Below, in pieces: positions 18,866-27,556 of a DNA stretch of 64,000 nt; the stretch's first letter is position 1; the number at the start of each line of letters is the position of its first letter. The stretch is taken from assembly GCA_041664945.1 (NCBI GenBank), contig JBAYJY010000002.1, positions 8,721-72,720 on the forward strand, given 5' to 3'. The notes under the pieces are model-generated. The model was not told the DNA's origin. It ran no database searches and saw nothing but the letters and a program-made list of their open reading frames with translations. Made by a program: the position numbers and the translations under genes. Source of the DNA: a bacterium. GTDB taxonomy: Bacteria; UBP15; UBA6099.

Positions 18866-20812
18866 ATGCTGTTCACCCTTATACGCAAAGAGTTGTTGGA
18901 CAACTTCCTGAGCTTCCGGTTTGTTGTCTCGTCCATTATCGTTGTTCTCATCATGACGCTGAGCGTCGGCATTCTGATGCAGGACTACACGAGCCGGCGA
19001 GACTCCTACAACCAGAACCAGAACGCCTACTACGACGCCGCGAAATCGCTCGACAACTACCTTGAGCTCATGTTCACCGGCATCGGCGCCGACCGGCCGC
19101 CCTCTGAGCTTCAGTTCCTTTACACCGGAACCGAGAAGAATCCAAACCGCAGCACGGTCATCTATCCGTTCTATAAGCCCAGCTTTCAGGGAGAACTGAA
19201 TTTCAACCCGGTGTTCCCGCTGTTCCCGGCGGTTGACCTGCTTTTCGTCGTCAGCATCGTCTTGAGTCTCATCGCTTTCGTTTATTCGTACGACGCTGTC
19301 TGCGGGGAACGTGAGAGCGGAACCCTCAAGCTTCTTATGTCGTACTCAATCCCGAGGGATAAGATTATCCTCGCAAAATGGTTTGGCGGATATATCTCGC
19401 TGATCATCCCATATGTGTTCGGCATTATTCTTTGTTCCCTGTTCATGGTTGTGAACACTTCGGTGAACCTAACCGGCCAGGCGTGGGCCGCATTTTTCCT
19501 GACAACGCTTGTGTCGCTTTTATTCATCGCTGTTATGTATTCAGTGGGTTTGTTCGTCTCGGTCAGGAGCAAGCTGTCATCAACATCGATATCGGTCCTG
19601 CTTTTCATCTGGGTCATATTTGTATTGGTTGTGCCGAACGCGGCCCCGTTTGTTGTAGACAAAATACAGCCTGCGCCGACGCCGAGTCAGGTGATGAGCC
19701 GCATCAAATTCAAGTCGGGCAACGCGATCAACGGTCTTTTGGAAGACATGATTAAGATGTTCGAGGACGCCACCGGATTCAACATCAATCAGATAGATTT
19801 CGGGGGTCAGGGCGGCGATAAAAAGAAGGAAGATTCAGGCCAGCAGGAAACGAAGCAGCAGGAGCAGACTCAGCAGCAGACGGCGTCCGCAAGCGGCGGA
19901 GGCGATTCAGGCGCGACAGCGGCGAAAGCGCCCGCAGGGCTGGACCTGCGCGCTCTCGAAAGCCTAAGCGGAGAAATAACAGACGCCGACCTGCGCGATC
20001 TGCAGTTGAAGGGCTGTTCCAACTGGGTGGACAAGAAGCTCAAAGAGAAGTTCGGCATGACAATGGATCAGGCCAAAAAGATGATCAAGGATTACGGCGT
20101 AGACGTAGATGTCAACGAAATAATGAAGCAGTGCGAATCGAAGAAGAAAGAACTGATCGCATTAAAGAAATCCGGAGCGTCGAACGCCGATATAGCGGCG
20201 CAGGCCGGTTCCGGCGCAGGAGCGCCGGCGGTCGCCGCAGCGCAGCCGGTTCAAAAAGAGCCTGAGAAAAAGGTTAAGCCACAAGAGGTATTTTCGAAAT
20301 TCATGGCTCTTCCGGAAGACGTCAAGGGACAGTTCTTCACCCGTTATTACAACACTTTCGTGGAAGCGTTCAAACAGACAAGCATCATGAGCGGTCAGGA
20401 AGAAGACAAATACAGCCGGGCGGTTGAGTCTCAGATCACGCTCACAAAATGGATTTCGCGTATATCTCCGGTTTCGGCATACGTTTATGCAGTCACCGAT
20501 ATCGCTGACACCGGCATTGAACACGAAAAATATCTCAAAAAGTCCATCTGGACCTATCAGAGCCAGTTCCTCGATTACATCACAAAGAAATTCAATATGC
20601 CCGACTCCGAGCGAACTCACGGCATTTTCGGAGGCGCGCTGCGCGAGCCCCCGTACACTCTCGACGGCCTTTCAAAATATCAATACAAGCCGATGCCGAT
20701 CGCGGAACGCCTGAAATTTGCGCTCGTCGATATCGCTATCCTCTTTATCTTCATCGTCGCTTTCTTCCTCGCGGCTTTCTTCTCTTTCCTCCGCGCGGAA
20801 ATCATCGACTGA
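18866..20812 (+). CDS. ABC-2 type transporter permease paralog with ~165-aa low-complexity/helical insertion
   Basis: 648 aa. The N-terminus MLFTLIRKELLDNFLSFRF is paralogous to the upstream permease. The insertion spans ~19800-20300 (GGQGGDKKKEDSGQQETKQQEQTQQQ...). Confidence 0.7.
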   Translation: MLFTLIRKELLDNFLSFRFVVSSIIVVLIMTLSVGILMQDYTSRRDSYNQNQNAYYDAAKSLDNYLELMFTGIGADRPPSELQFLYTGTEKNPNRSTVIYPFYKPSFQGELNFNPVFPLFPAVDLLFVVSIVLSLIAFVYSYDAVCGERESGTLKLLMSYSIPRDKIILAKWFGGYISLIIPYVFGIILCSLFMVVNTSVNLTGQAWAAFFLTTLVSLLFIAVMYSVGLFVSVRSKLSSTSISVLLFIWVIFVLVVPNAAPFVVDKIQPAPTPSQVMSRIKFKSGNAINGLLEDMIKMFEDATGFNINQIDFGGQGGDKKKEDSGQQETKQQEQTQQQTASASGGGDSGATAAKAPAGLDLRALESLSGEITDADLRDLQLKGCSNWVDKKLKEKFGMTMDQAKKMIKDYGVDVDVNEIMKQCESKKKELIALKKSGASNADIAAQAGSGAGAPAVAAAQPVQKEPEKKVKPQEVFSKFMALPEDVKGQFFTRYYNTFVEAFKQTSIMSGQEEDKYSRAVESQITLTKWISRISPVSAYVYAVTDIADTGIEHEKYLKKSIWTYQSQFLDYITKKFNMPDSERTHGIFGGALREPPYTLDGLSKYQYKPMPIAERLKFALVDIAILFIFIVAFFLAAFFSFLRAEIID

Positions 20813-20832
20813 AGAACACACTTCAGACTATC

Positions 20833-20868
20833 AAAAAAAGAGAGCCGCTAAGGCTCTCTTTTTGTTTT
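20833..20868 (+). terminator. rho-independent terminator after the ABC operon
   Basis: The sequence is AAAAAAAGAGAGCC-gctaa-GGCTCTCTTTTTGTTTT, an 8-bp stem followed by a T-tract. Confidence 0.8.
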
Positions 20869-20991
20869 AAACTATAATCCGAATTGATTCAGGTTGTACG
20901 GATAGAGGCAGAGAAACGACGTGAAATGAAACAAACGGATAAAAATTGCGTGTTGTTTTCAATCAAAAAACATTGTGTTTGACGCTTTTAT

Positions 20992-22542
20992 GTGATTTCT
21001 GTTATTATTTGCGCAGTGGATGCCAAGCATGGAACGACAACTTTCATAAGCTCCAAAGCCAATCAACAGCTTTTAATTATTACTGCTGAGCTGGTGATAT
21101 CCTTTGCTCTTATTTATATTTCCGTTTACCTGGACTGGCCTCAGCATGATATTCTGCGTTACGCGATTCTTGTCCCGGTATACCAGGCAGGCGTATATTA
21201 CGGACTCGTCGGCGGAATTATTGCAAGTGTCGTGTCCGTTCTGTCGTTTCTGCCGCTGATACCCGTTGATCCGTTAATTCGAGCCATGTCGTACGGCGTT
21301 CCAACGTTTATTCTGATGCTTGTGTTCATCATTTTCTTCGGCGCCTATATAGGCGCGACCTTAGGCTACGCCCATAAGACACAGAAATACATTGACGGCC
21401 TTTCTCTCGCAATCATGAAAATTGCGCGCGAAGTGGAGACGAGAGATGTAATGATAAAGCTGGCTGAAGAATCTGTCGCCATGCTTGACGCAATGTACGC
21501 GGCCGTTTTTATTGACGGCGCCGCGAAGGAAAACAGTGGCGGCGAGATACTGGCGCTTGAAGCTCAAAGCGGGGAACTCAGATCACTGAAAGATGTGCCC
21601 GAAGACAATGCGCTGATCAGCGCCGCGCGAGAAGGCTTGACGATTGTTTCAAATTCCATCTCCGGGGATTCGCGCCTTCAGTCTTTGCCGGGCGGCGAGT
21701 TGCTGAAAACAGCGGCGATCATCCCCGTGGTCATGAAGGATCGCTCGATAGGCTCGCTGCTTGTGTGCAACAAAAAAAACGGCGACTCTTTCACGGAAGA
21801 AGACTATGCCGTTCTTAAAATGTTAACGGAGGCGACCGCCGGAACCATTCTCAACATAGAGCAGGAGCGAGAGCGGCAGGAGGAAAAACTTCGCGTGGAA
21901 CAGATGAAGGAACTGTTTTCAAGATATGTATCCGCTTCCGTCGCCGACTTCGTTCTTGAGAATCCGGAAATAATGAAAGGCCACTGGCAGGAAGTGACCA
22001 TGCTGGTGTCCGACGTGCGGGATTTTACAAGAATTTCAGAGACTCTTTCTTCAAAAGAGGTTGTGAGGCAGCTAAACGAATACTTCACACGCATGGTGGA
22101 TGTCATTCTCGACCACAAAGGGACGATAGATAAATTCGTGGGCGATTGCATCATCGCCTATTGGGGCGCGCCGGCGCCCGATCCGGAGCATCCGCTCAAC
22201 GCCGCAAGGGCCGCGCTTGCGATGGCCAGGGCTTTGGACCTGATGAACGCCGAATGGCAGGATGAAGACCGCCCTCAGTTCAAAACCGGCATCGCTATTC
22301 ACACCTGCAGGGCGCTAATGGGCAATATCGGCGACGATCGGAAAAAGGCTTTCACTATCATGGGAGAGGAAGTCGAAAAAACCATACAGATCGAAGCCAT
22401 GACGAAAACCCTGAATGCCGGGATCATCGCTACAGATGAAACCTATAAAGCCATTGCGGGGAAAATTGACTGCGAACTGATATCGCAGTCAGGCGCGGCA
22501 GGAATGCAGAAGCTTTACAAAATACAGACTGGACAATGTTGA
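20992..22542 (+). CDS. membrane (4 TM)-GAF-class III nucleotidyl cyclase, Asn/Arg-deficient ('C1-like')
   Basis: 516 aa with a GTG start per the track, which is uncertain. The cyclase motifs VTMLVSDVRDFT and DKFVGDCIIAYWGAP are intact. The canonical GDTVNxASR segment reads GEEVEKTIQ. A GAF-like region contains IIPVVMKDRSIGSLLVCNKKNGDSFTEED. Confidence 0.8.
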   Translation: MISVIICAVDAKHGTTTFISSKANQQLLIITAELVISFALIYISVYLDWPQHDILRYAILVPVYQAGVYYGLVGGIIASVVSVLSFLPLIPVDPLIRAMSYGVPTFILMLVFIIFFGAYIGATLGYAHKTQKYIDGLSLAIMKIAREVETRDVMIKLAEESVAMLDAMYAAVFIDGAAKENSGGEILALEAQSGELRSLKDVPEDNALISAAREGLTIVSNSISGDSRLQSLPGGELLKTAAIIPVVMKDRSIGSLLVCNKKNGDSFTEEDYAVLKMLTEATAGTILNIEQERERQEEKLRVEQMKELFSRYVSASVADFVLENPEIMKGHWQEVTMLVSDVRDFTRISETLSSKEVVRQLNEYFTRMVDVILDHKGTIDKFVGDCIIAYWGAPAPDPEHPLNAARAALAMARALDLMNAEWQDEDRPQFKTGIAIHTCRALMGNIGDDRKKAFTIMGEEVEKTIQIEAMTKTLNAGIIATDETYKAIAGKIDCELISQSGAAGMQKLYKIQTGQC

Positions 22543-23390
22543 TGCTGTTAAAATACAGGGCGACGGAATCGTTTTACGAGGGTTTTCAAAAAACCAACAT
22601 TTTCGCCGACAGAACCGTGCGAATCACTGCTTTTATCTTTGTCATCGCCGGGCTGATCGACATTCCCTTCAAATTTATATTCCCCGCCGGTTTCAAATCA
22701 GAACTGGGCTCCATGCTCGTTTTTATCCTGTTGATTTTTCCCATATCCACGCGCCTTATCGGCGGAATATCGCGAGCGTCATGGAAATTGTATGCCGGAT
22801 TCGGGATATTCTTTCTTTCCGGGCTGATCCCGACATTATGGGGCTCGCCGGTTTTTCTTCTATTAATGATTCCCTCGGTTTGCTTTCTGGCGCTTCTTCT
22901 TCGCGCCGAGCCCGGCATTCTTCGCAGTTTCGGTTATTCGGAGAAACCGCTTGGCATGCGCGAAGTTCTTATAGCGCTGCTGACGTTTAGTCTATTCGCT
23001 CTTTTCACCTACATAGCGACGGTAATGGTGCAGAAGTCAAAATTCATTCTTCATTCTCCCATATCATATCTGTTGCAGTTTCTTATCGTAGTCCCCGAAT
23101 ACCTTGTTGCATGGGGCATCTTATACGGAGTTTTGATGAAACGTCTGTTGGAGCTGAAATTTGAGCCGATGGTTCCGATTTTTCTCAACATTGTTTTCAC
23201 GCTTGTATGGTGGGTTTCCACAGCGGTCAATGTCAAAGACCCGGGCATGATGTTTGCCGGGATATTCGCATGGGCCATAGCAGTGCATATGATTTCAGGA
23301 ATGGCCTATTATTTCACGGGATCCGTAAGGCCGGTTTTATTTGCGTGGTCGCTGAACTACATTGTTTTTGTCGCTTCATCCGTAACATGA
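22536..23390 (+). CDS. polytopic membrane protein, CPBP (CAAX-protease/Abi)-like fold lacking catalytic residues
   Basis: 284 aa. It overlaps the upstream cyclase by 7 nt. The segment VVPEYLVAWGILYGVLMKRL ... FTLVWW ... GMAYYFTGSVRPVLFAWSLNY parallels CPBP motifs EExxxRG / FxxxH / HxxxN, but the Glu/Arg/His positions are substituted. Confidence 0.5.
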   Translation: MLMLLKYRATESFYEGFQKTNIFADRTVRITAFIFVIAGLIDIPFKFIFPAGFKSELGSMLVFILLIFPISTRLIGGISRASWKLYAGFGIFFLSGLIPTLWGSPVFLLLMIPSVCFLALLLRAEPGILRSFGYSEKPLGMREVLIALLTFSLFALFTYIATVMVQKSKFILHSPISYLLQFLIVVPEYLVAWGILYGVLMKRLLELKFEPMVPIFLNIVFTLVWWVSTAVNVKDPGMMFAGIFAWAIAVHMISGMAYYFTGSVRPVLFAWSLNYIVFVASSVT

Positions 23391-23402
23391 GGGCGCGCAG
23401 CC

Positions 23403-24308
23403 ATGAGTGTTGAAAAAATCGATATCGCGTCTGAAGTCGCCGCGCTGAAATTCAGAACGGGCAGTTTTGACGTCTGGAAAAAAACAAACCTGCTCAGGGA
23501 ACCGATATTCATACATGCTGTTCTCATAATTGCGCTTTATGGCATCGGGAACGCTGTTGTTCAGATATTATTCAAAACAAACCATATATCATTTTCATTA
23601 AAAGAGGCTTCATATCCTTTATTGTATCTATCTCCTATACTTGGAGGTTTGTACATTGCCGGCGGTTTGAACAGACACAGCGTCTGCATCTCTGTCGTTT
23701 ATATGTTTTTATACGCTCTATTTGAATATGTGATTAGCCAATATTTTCACAGTATTCAATCAATTGTCGGAATATTTCAATTTATTCCCGGATGCGCTCT
23801 GATAGTTTGGTGGATAGTGACCAAACCTGAAATTATGGGCAAGCTCGGCATGAAAAAATCCGACTCTCTGACGGTTTCACTGTATGCTTTTATTTTGATT
23901 CTGATCATTGCCTCCTATGCGGCGCACCTTCTTATTGTATATGGTTTCAAGTTGGAGTTCAGGCCAGTTGAAATGGCAGCGTATTTTTTAGGCAATTTCA
24001 TAACCTGCTTGTTTGTTACCAGCTATTGTTTCGGCATGTGGAACCTGCTGAAGAAGCGAGGCGCAAACACATTTCAGGGTATTCTGGCGCTCATGGCGCT
24101 TTTCGGCCTCATAGAGGCCCCGGTCATGATAGCTTTTGCGCTTATTGGAATAGCGAGCCCGGCGATGGCGGTTGCCGGCATCGTCTTGAACTTGATGCTT
24201 ACATTGACCGTGATGCACTTTTCCTTCAGCGCGCTGAAAAACTCATTGACGGCGACATTCCTGTTGGCGATGGTCATGCTGCTTTTGAAGGCGGCGGGGG
24301 TTTTCTAA
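23403..24308 (+). CDS. polytopic membrane protein, second degenerate CPBP-like paralog
   Basis: 301 aa, starting 12 nt after the previous gene. It has 8 hydrophobic helices. The C-terminal half (CFGMWNLLKKRG ... HFSFSALKNSLTATFLLAMV) has the same topology, and I see no intact metalloprotease motif. Confidence 0.45.
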   Translation: MSVEKIDIASEVAALKFRTGSFDVWKKTNLLREPIFIHAVLIIALYGIGNAVVQILFKTNHISFSLKEASYPLLYLSPILGGLYIAGGLNRHSVCISVVYMFLYALFEYVISQYFHSIQSIVGIFQFIPGCALIVWWIVTKPEIMGKLGMKKSDSLTVSLYAFILILIIASYAAHLLIVYGFKLEFRPVEMAAYFLGNFITCLFVTSYCFGMWNLLKKRGANTFQGILALMALFGLIEAPVMIAFALIGIASPAMAVAGIVLNLMLTLTVMHFSFSALKNSLTATFLLAMVMLLLKAAGVF

Positions 24309-24334
24309 AACCGACAGCAGCGCCGGAAAGCCTG

Positions 24335-25801
24335 ATGATGGAACGAAAGAAAAAAATACTTTTTATAATTATCTCAAGCGCGCTATGTCTTGTGGCGACA
24401 ATGAGCGCTCACTATTGGGATATGCCGATGTGCGTGTGGACGAGCCCTCTCGTCGCAGTTCCCGTCGTCTATGCGGGAATCCATTTCCGGCGCGCCGGTT
24501 CCGCCGCCACGGCTTTCATTTTGTTAGTCGCGCAGGTGCCGGTAATACTCATATACGCTTCGCGGCATCTTGAAGGAGGAACGAAGTATTTCACATCTAT
24601 TGTGACGGCTTTGATCGTTGCGATATATGTGGGTCACAGGCAGCGGAAGAGCAGGGATAATTCCCGGCATCTCAACAAAATACACGACACGGTCAGGCGG
24701 ATTCAGCAGAATATCGAACCGAAACTCCTTCTTTCTGAACTGGAGGAACAGTTTAAGGAAATAGGAAGCGCTGATTCGGTTGAAATCTGTCTGCTGGACC
24801 AGGAAGGCATTCTAAGAGAATACAAATCCGGCGAGGAAGTGTCTCCGGACGACCACGCTTACTATAAGATTCTCAAGAATAGGAATTTTGTCGTAAGCGC
24901 CAATGTTCCGAACGATGCGCGTTTTGAGTATATCGGAGGAATGGAAAAAAACGACGCGGCGGAGCAGTTCGCGATATTTCCAATCGAGTATGGAGGCGCG
25001 GCAAGAGGAGTGATATCCATAATCGAATCAAGAGACGGGAGGCTGGGCAAAGAAGAGATTACATTTCTCAACGCGTACAAAAAAGCCATTGAAAATGCCC
25101 TTGAGGTTGTTGAGAAACGAGAGGATAAAATCAAGCACGAGCTTCAGAAGAAACGGATTAGAGACACGTTTTCATCCTATGTGTCGAGAAGCGTCGCCGA
25201 GGAGATATTAAAGGACCCCGACAAGCTTGAGCTTGGAGGGAAAAGCCAGATCGTAACCGTGATGTTCACCGAGATTGTGAATTTCAAGGCGCTTCAGAAG
25301 ACTGTGGAGCCGTCGTTGCTGTTTGACTCCCTTAATGAATATTTCGCCGCCGCGATTGACACTATATTCGAATACGACGGAACTCTGGACAAGTTCATAG
25401 GAGATAACGTCATGGCATTCTGGGGGGCGCCGATTCCAATGCCGGACAGCGAACTGAGAGCCGTTCAGTGCGCGTTGAGTTTGAATAGAAAGGTCAGCGA
25501 ACTAAATTCCCGTTGGAGACAGGAAGGTAGGGAGGAGTTCATTTTCTCGATAGGAATAAACTCGGGGGAAGTGGTTGCGGGCAACATTGGAAGCATTCGA
25601 CGCATGGAATATACGATCATTGGAGACACCGTCAATACGGCCTCGCGAATAAAATCTATCTCTATATCGAAAAGCATCCCGATATTGGTTGGAGAAACGA
25701 CATTTCAAAAAGTTAAAGACAGGGTTCAAATCGTTGAAAGATACGATGCGACTGTCAAAGGAAAAGCGGAAGCGATATCAGTATATCAACTGTCAGTGTG
25801 A
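24335..25801 (+). CDS. membrane (4 TM)-GAF-class III nucleotidyl cyclase, canonical Asn/Arg ('C2-like'), Glu at first metal-Asp position
   Basis: I chose the start at ATG 24335 (MMERKKKILFII), because the track ORF's 5' extension from 24026 overlaps the previous gene. Motifs are VTVMFTEIVNFKAL (Glu where Asp is expected), DKFIGDNVMAFWGAP and YTIIGDTVNTASRIKS. Confidence 0.8.
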   Translation: MMERKKKILFIIISSALCLVATMSAHYWDMPMCVWTSPLVAVPVVYAGIHFRRAGSAATAFILLVAQVPVILIYASRHLEGGTKYFTSIVTALIVAIYVGHRQRKSRDNSRHLNKIHDTVRRIQQNIEPKLLLSELEEQFKEIGSADSVEICLLDQEGILREYKSGEEVSPDDHAYYKILKNRNFVVSANVPNDARFEYIGGMEKNDAAEQFAIFPIEYGGAARGVISIIESRDGRLGKEEITFLNAYKKAIENALEVVEKREDKIKHELQKKRIRDTFSSYVSRSVAEEILKDPDKLELGGKSQIVTVMFTEIVNFKALQKTVEPSLLFDSLNEYFAAAIDTIFEYDGTLDKFIGDNVMAFWGAPIPMPDSELRAVQCALSLNRKVSELNSRWRQEGREEFIFSIGINSGEVVAGNIGSIRRMEYTIIGDTVNTASRIKSISISKSIPILVGETTFQKVKDRVQIVERYDATVKGKAEAISVYQLSV

Positions 25802-25936
25802 CCTATGAACTGCCGTTATGCCGCGCTAATTCAATGTTTCTAAATATCAAAACACAAAGCTTAAGGCATGAATCATCCGTGAAAAGAAGTGTTTTTCTTG
25901 CTATTATGAATTTACTATTCGCTTATTATCTGAAGT

Positions 25937-26485
25937 TCATTTCGGTCGCAAATCAATGTAGTAATTATCGCCTTGGCCGGAGGAGGGCGGCTGCGTTCCG
26001 CCGGTTCCTTCCTTCTGCGTGGCTTTGAGTTTTTCGATTTCAGCTTTCTGTTTTTCGAGTTCTTCCTGCAGTTTCTTAAGCTGTTCGGGCTCGACGTAAT
26101 CAGCCGGTTTCCCGCCGGCTACGCCTGCGGCCTGACCGCCCTGCGCAGCAACGTTTGAGGCGGCGTTCAAGCTCATTCTGGCGGCGCCTCTGTTTATCGC
26201 CACGCTGCCCGCCTGGCCGATTAATGGCCTTACTTCGTTCTCGGGATTCTTCTCTCCCTGCCCGGAGTTGCTCTGCTGCATTCCGGCCGGTTTTGTTTCA
26301 TATATGCCTTCCCGATAGTCTATTATTTCACTTTCCTTGGTCTGGATATCCGTTTTCCCCTGCGGCTCGAAGTAAGCGATCGACAACATGCCGACAAAGA
26401 TTATGATCAGCATGAAACAGAAGTCGATGTAAGGCATCAGAAAAGTGACGCGTTTTTTGCTACCCTTGCTGCTTTCTTGCTTCAT
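25937..26485 (-). CDS. ExbD/TolR-like transmembrane protein with non-canonical low-complexity/coiled-coil periplasmic part
   Basis: 182 aa. The N-terminal TM VTFLMPYIDFCFMLIIIFVGM matches the ExbD pattern PFIDVMLVLLIIFMV, including the conserved Asp. The remainder is Gln/Gly/Ala-rich plus a coiled coil (EQLKKLQEELEKQKAEIEKLK). Confidence 0.55.
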   Translation of the reverse strand: MKQESSKGSKKRVTFLMPYIDFCFMLIIIFVGMLSIAYFEPQGKTDIQTKESEIIDYREGIYETKPAGMQQSNSGQGEKNPENEVRPLIGQAGSVAINRGAARMSLNAASNVAAQGGQAAGVAGGKPADYVEPEQLKKLQEELEKQKAEIEKLKATQKEGTGGTQPPSSGQGDNYYIDLRPK

Positions 26486-27515
26486 AGCCGAATAACATGT
26501 TCAAGATAATCGAGAGCACAAGACCGGTGATGGTCGGCTCGATTTTGACGTAAATGCCATAGCCTATCGCATTGATGTCTCGCTGCGCGATGGCCGGCCC
26601 GATGAGAAGGCCGAGCCCGAACAGCGTACAGATCAGACCCGCGCCCTGCGCGGTTGACGCCATGGTTACAAGCTTGTCCTCATAAGTTTCGGTGGAGACC
26701 AAACCGATCGCCGAAGTAATTAGAATGACGATGCATACCCACCATGTGCTGAGCATGTAGTTGATTGCCAGAACCATGCAGACCGTTAGGAAGAAACCGA
26801 TTACGATCATGTCCTTCCAGCCTTCGGGTTTGCCGCGCACTGCGCCGTGAATCGTCCGGATTATCCACAACAGGCCGATGACAACCCACGCGATCAGCAC
26901 ATAAGGTTTGAGTTTCTTTGTGACCTGGTCTTTTCTCGCTTTTGCGATGATCGGCGCGAGAGGGTTGCCATGCTTTTCGCCGGACAGAATCGTTTCCTTG
27001 CCGGGTTTGTTGTAAGCTTTAATCTTCTCAGGGTCCAGCGTCAGCGCCATCGCATGCTTATTTTCCTCGACCCGGAAAAAGCCGCTTTCCGCAGTGGCTG
27101 CAAGAGGGATCATAGTCCTGTCGCCGTATAAAAAGGGAGATATGGGCAGTATCCTCTGAGTATCGCCGAGGTCGATTTCAGGATTGTTGATTGCCATCCT
27201 GATAGTGCGTCCGCCGGGAAAAGTTATCTCAGCCATCTGGTCTTTTTTATACCATGTAACATCAGCGCGCAACGCCTCCGCCACGAAACGAAGCGGCACA
27301 AAGATAATTCCGCCTCTTTCCACGGGCGTCACGTCGGGCGTGACTACTTGTTTGTTCACAATGATCGTATAGTCGCTGCGCACCTTGATGTCGCCGCCGA
27401 GCGCTTCTTCGGCCATATTGGCAGCCTGCGGCGTGATATCGACAGCAAACGCCGGCAGCGCCGCAAAAATCAAAAAAATCAGGATCAATAAGGTTTTTAT
27501 CCGCAAAAGCCTCAT
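26460..27515 (-). CDS. fusion of a copper-amine-oxidase-N-terminal-like ('stalk') domain with a MotA/TolQ/ExbB-like channel
   Basis: I chose ATG 27515 (MRLLRIKTLLILIFLIFAALPAFA), which is preceded by GAGGAAAGGAA; the track start is GTG 27557. The N-domain reads IIVNKQVVTPDVTPVERGGIIFVPLRFVAEALRADVTWY...DRTMIPLAATAESGF. The C-terminal 3 TM contain AGLICTLFGLGLLIGPAIA and GIYVKIEPTITGLVLSIILN, which is ExbB-like. Confidence 0.6.
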   Translation of the reverse strand: MRLLRIKTLLILIFLIFAALPAFAVDITPQAANMAEEALGGDIKVRSDYTIIVNKQVVTPDVTPVERGGIIFVPLRFVAEALRADVTWYKKDQMAEITFPGGRTIRMAINNPEIDLGDTQRILPISPFLYGDRTMIPLAATAESGFFRVEENKHAMALTLDPEKIKAYNKPGKETILSGEKHGNPLAPIIAKARKDQVTKKLKPYVLIAWVVIGLLWIIRTIHGAVRGKPEGWKDMIVIGFFLTVCMVLAINYMLSTWWVCIVILITSAIGLVSTETYEDKLVTMASTAQGAGLICTLFGLGLLIGPAIAQRDINAIGYGIYVKIEPTITGLVLSIILNMLFGYEARKQQG

Positions 27516-27536
27516 TTCCTTTCCTCTGTCTGGTTG

Positions 27537-27555
27537 GGCGAACACAAGGTTCGCC
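27537..27555 (-). other. intercistronic hairpin (GGCGAAC-cuugu-GUUCGCC)
   Basis: A perfect 7-bp stem with a 5-nt loop lies between the stop of the 83-aa gene (27557-27559) and the SD/ATG of the ExbB-like gene. Confidence 0.5.
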
Positions 27556-27556
27556 A

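Noticed and set aside
24026-24334. A 5' extension of the second cyclase ORF as listed in the track (starting at 24026).
   Set aside because: It overlaps the 3' third of the well-formed membrane-protein gene 23403-24308 in another frame, and its translation is Arg/Gly-rich. An in-frame ATG at 24335 is followed by a typical Lys-rich, then hydrophobic, N-terminus.
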